A stretch of DNA of 64,000 bases from the human T2T-CHM13v2.0 reference genome, Homo sapiens. Each line of letters opens with the position of its first letter. Position 1 is the first letter of the stretch. The stretch lies in the NCBI RefSeq assembly GCF_009914755.1, contig NC_060938.1. One strand, written 5' to 3'. The notes below the pieces were generated by a model. That model was not told the origin of the DNA. It ran no database searches and saw only the letters and a list, made by a program, of their open reading frames with translations. Made by a program: the position numbers and the translations under genes. Shown here piece by piece: positions 40,944 through 52,700 of the stretch.

Positions 40944-41740
40944 TGTGTGAAGGTCTGGTTCTCTGGGAGTCCAAGAGCAAGACTCTGAGAGCTACATGGA
41001 GAAGGGTTATTGATGAGTGCTCTCTGGCACAACAGGTTGGGAGGGGTGGAGGGAGCATTGAGGAAAGCAGGATTGGGCAGAGGAGAAAGTTGTACTGTGG
41101 TTCAGTTGCAAGGGGTGCTGCAGCTGATCTCACAGGAAATTCTGGAGTTAGGAGAGACCTTCAGGGATGCCCCAAATCAAAGCAAAGGGGTTGGGCATTT
41201 GTACCCCAGCATTAACTGGACATTGGATGCAGGTTGCCTATAGAGAAGGCATGTTTTGGCCAAGCGCAATGTCCAGAGAGCAATGACACAGCCAACACTC
41301 CAGGCACCTGAGGCAAACTGGGATCAGGGCTGCTCCCCACAGTATCCACCATTGTCTACCCCTTGTGGTGCCTACACCCATTTATTTCACATACTGAGTT
41401 TACTCTATCTGGGAATAGCTGCTCTAGGATTCTGGTTGGTCATTTTCCCTGGGAGGACTTACAAGAGAAAGGTTAATGGGACAAACTGCAGCCACCACTA
41501 CCGTTGTCATAGCTGCATCTGACACTCGTGGTCCCTCCTATAGCACATTTTACACCCCTTCTTATTGTTGTCAGCATCTCTACTGCATGGCGGGGAACAG
41601 GGGCTCACCAGAGGGAATGAACCACCCCATCTCACCACTGTAAAACTCTCACTTGAAGGATGAGGGCAGCAGGACTGGACAAAGGGAGAAACTGAACTTC
41701 GGTGGGTCCCATGCCTTCCTAATTAGGGATCCGACCTTGG
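40944..41740 (-). mobile_element. LTR16-family ERVL LTR with probable adjacent internal sequence
   Basis: aagcaggattgggcagaggagaaagttg...ctggagttagg...ccttcag...cattggatgcaggttgcc; ctaggattctggttggtc resembles ERVL leader sequence. Confidence 0.65.
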
Positions 41741-42224
41741 CATAGCAGACCTGCAGGGTTTGAGGATCTGACTTCCTCTGGAACACTCTGCCACTTTTAT
41801 AATTATGACCTGGGCCTGATCCTCAACTCTCCATCCTCCAGGAGGGCGAATCTCTTTATCTGCTGCCCTCTGGCTTTCACACTTAGCCCTTAATTGGTGA
41901 TTAATCACTCTCAGCCTAGCATTGACTCTGTAATGCATTCGTTGCCCCCAGCGACAATTCCATAATACTTTTAATTACTATCCCCTCCCTCCTCACCTGA
42001 GAAATTGCACCTGCCAGTGCATCCCTTCCCCCAGTATCCCATCTCATTTCACCACCAGCAAAAAGGTCGAATAATTGCATTGCCACTGCATGCTGGGGTC
42101 TGTCCATGCAGCACCTTCTCCGGTTATGGAGTCTTCACCGCCAGTTAGCCAGCAGGTGATCCAGTGCCAAAATCAAATTCTGGAGTCAGCATCATAGGGC
42201 CACTGCAGGAGCATTGATTGTTTA

Positions 42225-43026
42225 GTGGGCTCCTAGGTAATAGACCATGAGATGGAATTTACATCCTGGAGGTTTGTTGACGAGATCTCTGATATGGTTT
42301 GCCTGTGTCCCCACCCAAATCTCATCTTGAATTGTTAGCTCTCGTAATTCCCACGTGTTGTGGGAGGGATCTGCTGGAAGATAATTTTATCACAGGGGTG
42401 TTTTCCCCCATACTGTCCTCATGATAGTGAATAAGTCAAACAAGATCTGATGGTTTTATAAGGGGAAACCCCTTTCACTTGTTTTTCATTCTTTCTTGTC
42501 TCCCATCATGTAAGATGTGCCTTTGACCTTCTGCCATGATTGTGAGGCCTCCCCAGCCACATGAAACTGTGAGTCCGTTAAACCTCTTTTTCTTTATAAA
42601 TTACCCAGTCTTGAGTATGTCTTTATCAGCAGCATGAAAACGGACTAACACAAGCTCTCAAGAACCACGCCTGTGATGGAGCAAGGGGAGGACAGGGCAG
42701 AGGGAGAAACTGGACTGGGATCCAGTTGCAATAAAGGCCTCAGCCAACCCCATGGGGAACTCTCAATCTGGCGTCACCCATCAGAGCTGTCCTGGATTGA
42801 GACAAGGGGGCCAGGCCTTTATGTTCCCATATGGCACGGTTAGTAGAGATGGGATACACCCAGGGAGAGGGAGAAATTTAGGGCTAAGCAGCTTCCTTCA
42901 GCCAAGAGAAATTTCCAGAAAGGGATACAGCTCTGAACCAGCCCTGACCAACAACCCCAGCAGCTGGGAAGTGAGTTCCTGGGCCCTAACAGAGTACACA
43001 CGCCATGCATCACAGCATCCACTACA
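42225..43026 (-). mobile_element. LTR16-family LTR interrupted by THE1
   Basis: gagatggaattta...[THE1]...gggcagagggagaa...aaggcctcagccaaccccatgggg...ccaggcctttat. Confidence 0.75.
42290..42652 (+). mobile_element. THE1B-like solo LTR
   Basis: tgatatggttt...ccccacccaaatctcatcttgaattg...tttatcagcagcatgaaaacggactaacaca; TSD atctc/agctc. Confidence 0.96.
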
Positions 43027-43089
43027 ATGTCCACCTTCCCCAGGAGATGAGACAAAATTCATTGCATGGACACACGAATGAGTATATGA

Positions 43090-43900
43090 TTACAAGCCCT
43101 GTGAGGTGCTCAAAGGATTGGGCACCAGTGAGAGTCTCTGTCTTCGTCTGGAGGGTTAGGGAAGGCTTCTTCAGGGAAGAGAATTTGAGCTGAGGGATGA
43201 GCAGGCCAAAGTTGGGTGAACATAAAAGGGGATGAAGCCATCCAGCAGAGGACCTGAAAGCTGTGAGCAAGAGCCAAGACACAGGAGGGATTGAGGTACT
43301 GTTGAAGAACTGCAAGAAGGCGATGGTGGCTGGAGGAAGAGCAAGGAAAACCCTGGCCTGAGATGAAACCCAATAAAACCAAAAAGGGAAAACCAAAACC
43401 AGGCCTGGTTTGATGAAGCCAGTCAAAATCAAAAAAGGAAACCAGGCCTGGAGAGCCACAGGGAGGGATTTTGGTCTTTAAGGAGCTACTGAGGATGAAT
43501 TTAAGGCTTGGAGAGGCACAGCAGCAAAAAGACATGGCACACAGGCCACTTACTGGGGGTCTCCTGAGGATCATCCCCTGCTGACAGCAACCCTTGGCAA
43601 TGCAAATCCCTGGTGTGGTCATGCTGAGGTCAGGCTTGAGTTGTGGCTAAGATGGGGCCACATCTGGGTGGAAGGGGCTGCCGGGGGATAGGCACAGGAC
43701 AGTGAGAAGGAGAAACATGCAGGACCAAGTCCCAGCAAGTGGATTCTGTAGAGGATGGAGAACAAGGCTGGCTGGCCAGGACCAGATCACAGGGCGCACT
43801 GTTCACCAGGCTAAGGAGACTGTCCCTCGTCAGGTAGGAGACGAGAGCTAGCAGCCTTGGGATGACGCAGTGTGGGATTAAAGATGGTAACTGCAGGCAG
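43090..43900 (-). mobile_element. L2 fragments
   Basis: agggaaggcttcttcagggaag...tttgagctgag...gaagaactgcaagaagg...ggctgga. Confidence 0.6.
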
Positions 43901-43913
43901 CGTAGTGGAGTCT

Positions 43914-44302
43914 TGTGCTCGACAGAATAACGGCACCCAAAAATGTCCACATCCTAGTCCCGGGACCTGTGAATATGTCACTTTACATGGCAAAGGGACT
44001 TTGCTAACATAATTAAATTAAGGACCTTGAGATGGGCAGATGATCCTGGATTATCCAAGTGGGCCCAGTGTCATCACAAGGTTCTGATAAAAGAGAGGCA
44101 GGAGGGGCAGGATTAGGAGATTCCAGGTTGCCAGGTGGCTGGCTTTGAAGATGGGGGCAGGAACAAAGAGCCAAAAATTACAAGCAGCTTCTGGAAGATG
44201 GAAGAGTCAAGGAAATAAGTTCTCCCCTAGAACCTCCAAGAGGAAGGCGGCCCTGCTGAGTCCTTGATTTGAGCCCAAGAGGACCCATTCAAACCCCTAC
44301 TT
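43914..44302 (+). mobile_element. MLT1D-like MaLR LTR, 3'-truncated
   Basis: cagaataacggc...cctgtgaatatgtcactttacatggcaaagggactttg...gatcctggattatcc...ttctcccctagaacctcca. Confidence 0.9.
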
Positions 44303-46249
44303 CTGGGGTGAGATTAAGGAATAGTGAACATAAGGATACGGACAGTGGAGAAGGAGGGGGAGCCATACATGAGAGAGGGTCTGGGAGATAGAAGCCACGG
44401 GACTGAGGGGCACCACCAGTCATGAGCAGTGAGAAAGAGTGGGAGCCCCCGTGATTTCTATGGGGCAACATTCACAGAGAGGAAAGAGAAGAAGAGACAG
44501 GAACTAGAGGAGAGGCTGGTGTCTGCACTCTGTTGCTGTTCCTTTAGAGGGGAGCCAACCAAGCTCGCCTCTGGGAGAGTCTGAAAGTTTCTGGCATGGC
44601 TAGACCTGCATGGCTCATTCAATACTCTACATTTTCCATGTACTTGAGACTACGTGGATGCAGAAGCAAAAGGAAAAGATTATAACTCCCAACACAAAAC
44701 TTCATCCATAGGCTGCAAGCTGGAGAAGTGTGGGCCTCCAGGATATCAGCTGTCTCGTGCTGGGGACAGTCACCTGTCCTAGTGTGGGGCAGGGAAGTAA
44801 GAAGGGATGGAGGGCAGAACTGCATGCTCTGTGACTCAGCCCTATGAAGGTGCCAGCAAGGGAAAGGTTGGGAGGCAAAGAGACAAAGTCTACACCTGGG
44901 ATGCCAACTGCTCTGCCCAGCCCCCTAAAATGGGCATTCCTGCTTGATCACCTCCAGTGTCAGGGAATGGCCTCCCTTGGACAGGATTGGCAGAGTAGGC
45001 TTTGCTGGTATCAAAGATCTTCCTTAGCCTGTGCCAAAGTTGGCTTCCATATTGATGTCTTCTTGTTTTGCTTTCAGGCCCTACTGAGTGCCTTCACTCC
45101 TTTTCTCAGTTAGCCCCTGAAATCTGAGGGCAATGGCATGTGTTCCTCTAGGGGCAGCAGGCTCTGTCCTTCCACAGCTCAATTCTGCCCCTCCTCAGTA
45201 TCCGATGAGATGGAAGTCTCCCCTCCCCCACTCCTCATCACCTTCTTATAAAATGTCCTGCCATTTGCTGCTTTTTGGGGAGGGAGAGCCCACTGCCCAC
45301 TCTGAAGTGAGCACAATGCCTGCAGCATAAGGGAGCAATGCAGAAATGAGCAGAGCGTCCATCTCCCCATCCTAAACCTGAGCCCGTTGTAATGCAACCT
45401 CAGATCTCAATCACTTTATATAAGCCACCACAGCATCTGTTGACTTGTGTTGAGTACGATTCCCAAGGCATTTGATTCATGCATTTCTACAAAGCTGAAT
45501 TTACCCTACCCTGATCTTCCTTGTGCTCCTGTTCTTTGACCCTATGTGTAGGAGGTTGCATGAATGCAGCTCCAGAGCCCAAAAGGTTTTGTGGTCATGG
45601 GTCATTGCTCTGTCTTCCCCATCAGGCTGGAGCTCCTCTAGGAAGTGACTCAGTCTTATGAATGTCTGTAATGCTAGAATCTGCTATAAAATTTAGGGGC
45701 TGAGAAAAGAGAGAAAATGGAAGAAGAAAGGAGGGATGACAGGAAGGGCAGCAAATGTGAAAGGAATAGAAGAGGGGACCACAGGAATGTGCCACACTTG
45801 GGTAGGTGCAGGTAAGCCTGAGACAGGAAGGGAGGAAGCCGAGGTGGCAGGGGCCTCTGCAGAAACAGGTGTGGCTGAGTGTTAGGCGGGCTTAGAACAT
45901 GGGGAGATGAGTAGAGCCGGGGCAGAAGGCAGAGACTGGGCCACACTGGACCACACTCAGGCACCACTCAAGGCAGCGTTGTCTGTCTGGTCTGTCCAAT
46001 CTCATGGGAATGTACCCCAGCCTCTCTCTGAGGCAGTGCACATTGGCTTACTGGGCTGCAAAAAGTATAGGTCCAGCCCCTGGAAAGTGAGGCCAAAGCT
46101 GGAATCAGAATTGCCATGGAGCCTGGAGCATGCCTGGGCTGAGTCCTACCCATCCCGCCCCTCCAAAGAAAAGCCATGAGGCTGGGCAATGAGGCTGGAA
46201 CACAGCAAAGAGGGGAAGAAGAAGGGAAACCTAAGGACATGGAGAACTC

Positions 46250-46940
46250 GATGAGATGATCTGTGTAGAGCACTCAGCACAGGGCCCAGCACTGGGTAAA
46301 TGCTCTTTAAACCATGACGATGGCAGAGGTGGTGGTTAGAACGAGAGAAATCAAGAAGAAAACTAGTACAGATTGAGTGTCTACTGTATGCACTTGGCAT
46401 CTACTAGCTGCCTTCACCATTGGGATTTCCATTAACCCTGCTCAGCAATTTTATGGGACGGGTAATCTTATCTCTGTTTTACAGATGAGAAAGCCGAGGT
46501 CCAAAGTGTGGAGCTCTCTGCACAGTTTAAAATGGGCAGGACAGGAGTCAAACCCCGGTCTTTGTGACTCTGCAGCTCCTGTTTTCTAGTGTGGAGGGAG
46601 ACAGTGGAAGAGAAACAGGAGGAGATGAATAGCATCGGAAAACTACTTAGTAGGGCTGGTGCTTTTCTAGCCCACAAGGGGCCAAACCCTGAGCGACGCA
46701 CAGAAAACCAAATACGGGCTCTGACCCCAGGGAGTTCACAAAGGTGCACTGGGAGGCAGGAGGTGGTATGAACAATGATCGTACTAAAGCGGACCATGCC
46801 ACTATAGGGAATGCACAGTGTTCTTGAGGGCACAGAGGAGACAGTGTGAGAGAAGGCTTCCTGGAGGAGGTGACTGAACTAAGCCATGTGAGTAACCATC
46901 CATCTTCCCAGAAGATCAAGGCATATTTGGTTCAGGGCAA
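46250..46940. mobile_element. MIR and L2 cluster
   Basis: tgttttacagatgagaaagccgagg; gagaaggcttcctggaggaggtgac. Confidence 0.7.
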
Positions 46941-48664
46941 CATGTGAATATTGGCAGTGCCTGACACATTTTCCTGCCCTGCCCTGCCCCTTATTCACCC
47001 ACTTTCCACAGCAGAGTCCAAACCAACAGTAGACGCCACAGTTGCTCTAAAACCATCCTACTAACATCTTCCTCTGTCTTTGTTCTTCCTTCTGTCCGAG
47101 GAACTTTAAAGACTCCACCAGCCCTAACACAAGACATCCAGTCTCAGACTAGGAAAAAAGCTGTTTCAGCCAAGCTGGCTACAGGCAAAGCACCTCACCT
47201 GGAAGAGAGAGAAGGTTCCCAGGTTTGGGGCAGGGGGCGTAAATCGAGCCACAGCATACAACAGGAAATAGAATAGTACCTCACCCAAACCAGTTATGTA
47301 ATGTTTAAAAGGCAACTCTCAAATGGGAAGAGCATTTATCTATTATGAACATTTTCCATTTTTAGTGGTAATTGAAGTTTCTCGTCGGAGGCTCGTGCGA
47401 AAAGCGCCGGCGTATTGTGATCTTCCCCACCCTTTCGAATGCAATTAGAGAATTTAATCAAACTCCACTGCAAGTGCAGTGCCAGCCAGGCTATTTTTGC
47501 ATTTTTCAATCTAGAATCATTTGGGGACTTTTTAATTGTTAGTTGGGTTTATTTATTGAACTCGGGCTTAAAAGAAAAATAAACAGCAAGAAGGCAAGAA
47601 GTAGCTGGAAATGCAAGGAGAACCCAATCCTTGTGATTTAATAAAGTCTGTCCTTGTTAGCTCCAGCAAATGCTAAATTCCAATGAATTCAAATTTCAAC
47701 CGGGTCTCTAAACATCACATTATTTACATCTTTCATATATTATGGTATTTCAAATAAGATTGTTATAAAATTGCCCCAACTTTGGGCAACCGTAGATCAT
47801 AAAGTGGGAACATTATTGCATTAAAGGAGAGGGGCTGTATCTCATTGAAAACACATAAGCACATAATTTCATAGACATATATCTGCAGCCAGATATATAT
47901 CTATGAACAATGAAATTGCCCCAAAATTAAAAGCCTTCTGGCTATATATTTGTAAACACAATCAGATCACAATCCAATGAAGGGGCCCTTTTGAATTAAT
48001 GCGCATCACGTGATCTTCCTATCATTACATTTATAACTTTCCTTTTGAACAGCTCACTGCCTTCTCTTTATCTCCATAAAAATACGGGCATTTATGTGTG
48101 GATTTTCTTGTTTTCTTCGGTTAATGGTATGTATATATATACCATTCTTGTTTTTAAAGAAAGGGGATTAGATCAGAATTGTGAAAAAATACACAAAGAA
48201 AGAAAGTCACTCTTTTACACCTGCAGATAGCGAGAGTCCCCATCTAATTTCTTAGAACTTCTGGCATAAAACACTTTGCATTTTAAAAAGAAACTGTCAT
48301 CTCACTCATTTTTATGATTTTGATAATGAGAATGGAAACTATATTGTTAACCAGAAAAGTGCAGTGATTTTATACGCACATTAAAAGGGAAAGACCATTC
48401 CTTTAATTTAGATCATTTAAAACAAAACTTTCCAAGTGACAACCTTTTAGTTGTAATTTATTCATCTATTGCAGTTCAGTTTTCATGGAGAAAGCGATAC
48501 CTGAGATACAGGGTGCACAGTAAATGAGTAAGACTTCCTCTTCCACAAACAAAGCCACAGAGGTACTCCAGAGTCTGGTAGGAGTCCACACTGGTCTGGT
48601 AGAAGGAGTCTGGTAGAAGGAGTCCACACTGAGAGTGAGAAGATCTAGCTTCCACCTTGGCTCT

Positions 48665-49110
48665 GTTTAGTGTGTTGTTTCCAAATGCATAAGGACCACT
48701 AAGCCTCCAGTGACCAAAAGCCAAATGGATAAAGTATCTTGTGTATCGCCAAAATCCAAGGTGCACTGGGTGCAGGCATGGCTGGATCCAAGATCTTCAA
48801 CAATGCAATGGGAATTAGTCTATCTTTCTCTCTTGTCTGTTTTCCTCCGTGTCAGCTTTATTCCTGGAACCTATGTGGTGGTGCTTAGCAGGTACAGATT
48901 TGTGTCATCTGCACTACTCTTGTGCATCTGTACTACTGTCTCTATTGGGCACACTAGAAAAAGGCCCCGTGTTTGTTCCCATGGGCCACCTTGGAGTCCT
49001 TGCCCATCCCTGAACTAATTCATGGTGCCCAGGCAGGTGGGATGCACTGAATTCCAGAGCCCAGGTCACCTGCACACTCTTGGGATTTACAGAAGGAGGC
49101 AAGCCTCATC
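48665..49110 (-). mobile_element. Old MLT1J/K-like LTR
   Basis: caggcatggctggatccaag...cccatccctgaactaattcatggtgcccagg...ccaggtcac. Confidence 0.6.
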
Positions 49111-49714
49111 CACATGACATGGATGGCAGAAGGGGCTATTGCATATCCTCAGGTGTGTTGGAGCTTCAGAAAGTAACAAAATGGGTGATATATGGCTTTC
49201 TCATCAATTGCTATCAAATTGAGATTATAAATGTGAAGGTATTTAGCAGAGTCCAAATGAAAAGCTTCATATAATACCAGACTTAAACTACACATTATTA
49301 TTATGGGATACTATGAGAAGTGAATCAGCAGATGACACCAAACTAGTCTCTGAATGAGTCCACAGCACACACATTTACCCTCTTCACACCTGCTTTGTGT
49401 CAGGCAACTCCCACAAGAAAAGAGGCATTGGGGTTCATGATATCACCTCAATGCAGTTAAATTAATGCATTCTTTATAATTAACCTAAATGCAAGTGCAC
49501 TTGAACTTTATTCCATTGTATGGCTCCATTTTTTTTTTAAGATGTAGCCTGAGCTTCAAAGCACATCACATATTCTTGAGAAAAATGGTTGGAAATAGGT
49601 TTGCAGCCACCATTAGAATTTGAATGCCCAGAATGGGCGGCCCAGAGAGACACCTCCCTTTATAGAGTGGGGATAAAATAAAATTAGTTTCTCTTTTTCT
49701 TCCATTGTGATAGC

Positions 49715-52130
49715 ATGCTTTTTTTTTTAAGAATATTGACTCTGTTTAGTAAATATGAAACATATTCATTGTGAAAATACCCCGATAATACAAAAAAAAG
49801 TACAAAAAAGCCAGTTAAAAAAAAAAAAGAAAAACTATTCAAAATTCCACCGCTCAAACAATGGCCACCAGTATTTGGTAAACATTATTCTAAGCATTCT
49901 TCTATGTGTAAAAATAGATAAAATGATAGTGATGATGAAATAAAAGAAAGATAAAGGGACAAAAATAGAAACATTATGCACACTCTTTTTAATATTTAAA
50001 AGTTCTAGATTATATTTTACTTGAAGTTAATGGAATAAAAAAGAAACTAAAGTAAAATCGGAAGGCTTGTCTCAGATCCATTCTCTTCAGTATATGGGAT
50101 ATGACTTCCTTCCTAAAAGGCCCCTCTAAAGGAAGACAAGACATTATACCACACATTGGGTTTGAGTTATCTTTAAATTACATTTTAATTTTAGACTATT
50201 AGCTTCCTGCAATGAAGGAAGTGGAAATTAACACCGTATATTTCTCCTTCTCTACCTCTTAGCTCTTTTTAATTGTATTATTATTGTCTAGCTTTATAAT
50301 ATTTACATTTCATTCAGTGAACAAAATTTTGGTTCAGTCAGTTTTGATAACTATTATGTTCACCATCTGGCCATGATACCATCATTCCTGCATTATTTAT
50401 TTTAGTTCATCTTTGTGTTGTGTAGATTTGAAAAACAAAATAAATTGGGAGTTTCCATTTGGGGAATGTTTATTTTTACCTGAAATGTTCATAAGTATTG
50501 TGATCTGTAGCCCTGATTTCAGTAATGTTTTCTTCAGTTACATCATTTAATGTTTTTCTGTGTCATTTGTTCTGGTGTCTTCCCAAAGAACACAAATTAT
50601 GCATTTATCTTATTTCTCCTTTCTGCCTATCTATTATAAAAATATACCGAAGCAGGAGGATTGCTTGAGGCCAGAAGTTCAAGACCAGCCTGGGCAACAT
50701 AGCAAGACCTCATCTCTACAAAAAATTTAAAAATTAACTGGGCATGGTGGTATACCCCTGGAGTCCCAGCTACTCAGGAGGCTGAGGCAGGAGAATTACT
50801 TTAGCCCAGGAGTTCGAGGCTGCAGTGACCAATGATTGTGATGCTAAACTCCAGCCTGGGTGACAGAGCAAGAACCTGTCCCCCACCACACACAAAAAAA
50901 TTATATTAGTAGTATATCATCTTTACAATCATTTTATATCATCATACATTGAAAATGGGGAATGGTATTTTTGCTTGACACAGTAACTGGAGAGGCTGGG
51001 GGTTACATAAGGCTCCTAAATATCTTTCAATATGTGGGAGTCTTGTGCTATAATGAATGTGGTGCTGAAGATGCCAATAGATGTTAGAGAGCTGGCCAGA
51101 CCACCACGTCCTTGATGATGTTTTTCTAGTATGTTGATTCCCACTTTCAGATTCTAGTGAAGCTTAAATTTGTGTAGCATTTTTCTTTTTCACATCAGTT
51201 TTTTTTCTTGAGTTCTGCCAGATCCCTTTTCATCGTCTCTTTATATCTTGCTTTATAATTTTTTTTAATTTATGGAGAAGTATTTGTCTAAATTTTTTCA
51301 CTCTTTCCTTGGGCAATTTATGTTAGAAATTCCCTTTATCTGCCTTTTGATAAGGGATTTCTTCCCACCATGGCTGTGATTATTTTATTTTCGCAGTACA
51401 GTAGGTCATGGGCTGGTTTCTCTGTGTAACCTTTCATGTTGAATGGAGCTAGCCACATATTGACTTGAGAGAGAGTGAGGTGAGAAAGATCATGAATTGG
51501 GACATCATGAACTTGGACACAGGCTGGGGTCCTTGTTTCTTAAATGTGATTTCCTTTGCCCTGAAACATGTCTCTATCCTGTTGGCCTTGAAGGGGAGCT
51601 TTTCCTTTTCCAGGGGATGTCTCTGTGTTTGATCCAGTGTTCGGCGTCTATCTCTCCTCCTCCACATTTCATATATAACCAGTGCCCGAGACCAGGGGCC
51701 TTGGTCGTAGGTACTAGCACTGGCATGCTGAGTCCATTTCTCCTGCACCTCCACCCTCTCATCATTGCATGATGTCATCTGAGTCTCCACAGGACATTGC
51801 CCACCCATGCTTAGATGATGTGGTCATAATCCATGGTTCATTCAATTTGTCTTTTAGCCCTGGGTGACTCTTTCTTAGGGAAAGTTGTTTCCTGCTCAAA
51901 GTCCAAAGAGTTGGTACTAGCTCTGGGTACCTTCCTCTTCAATTGCATTTTGCAGGATTTAGGAGATACGCATGACTTTCCACGGTTTGGGAGTGTGGTT
52001 TTTCCTTATGTCAAGGAAAGAGAAAAATTTGTTTCTCATTTTCATTGTTTGTTGGCTGAGATACATTTTGGCTAACAGTAATAGAGACAAATGCCCCAAA
52101 CCCACTTTGTGTAGCCAGAAGCCTGGCTTG
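49715..52130 (-). mobile_element. Ancient L1ME/HAL1-like antisense fragments, hosting an AluJ and a MER20-like relic
   Basis: T-rich; catattcattgtgaaaa...tttggtaaacatt; tcttcccaaagaacacaaattatgc. Confidence 0.5.
50647..50900 (+). mobile_element. 5'-truncated AluJ
   Basis: ggaggattgcttgaggccagaagttcaagaccagcctgggcaacatagcaagacc...ggagttcgaggctgcagtg. Confidence 0.95.
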
Positions 52131-52149
52131 AGTCTTGTATAGAAAAAGG

Positions 52150-52700
52150 GTTTCCCGTTTCAAAGGGTCTTCATCCAGCTCAGATCTAGTTTTCTAGTTG
52201 TGTAAACTTAGCCCTCAATTTCTTAACTGTGGCACAGTTTCCTCATCTGTAAAATGGGGAGAGTCATCATCCCTAATCTTCACAGTTGTTATGGGGACCA
52301 GCGAAGGAATCTATGAAAAGATCTCAACGCAGCCCATCACAAGTACTCAACACCTCCTATTGTTGTGATAATGATCCCACAACTTCATGAGGTAGACACA
52401 ATTGTCTTCACGTGACAGATGTGAAAACTGAAGCACAGGTCAAATGACTTTCCCAAGTCTTCCCAGTACCTAAGTGTCAAACCTTGGCTTCAAAATCCAA
52501 ACCTCTGCTCCACCCTGTTCCCAACCTGGAGAGACAATCTGTAGAGCATGCTCTACCAACACTTGTGGGTTCACTAGAGCTTTAGATCAAAGTGTACCCA
52601 TTTTATGGATGAAGGAAAACAAAAGGAGAGTTGTCTAAGGCCCCACAGCTAGTAAGCCACACAGTCAGGACTAGAATGCTGACCTTCAGCAATCTAGAGA
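52150..52700. mobile_element. MIR cluster
   Basis: cagtttcctcatctgtaaaatggg; acagatgtgaaaactgaagcaca; cccattttatggatgaaggaaa. Confidence 0.75.

Noticed and set aside
41942-41957. CTCF-like ttgcccccagcgac
   Set aside because: One base short of the core spacing (CCASYAGRKGGC)
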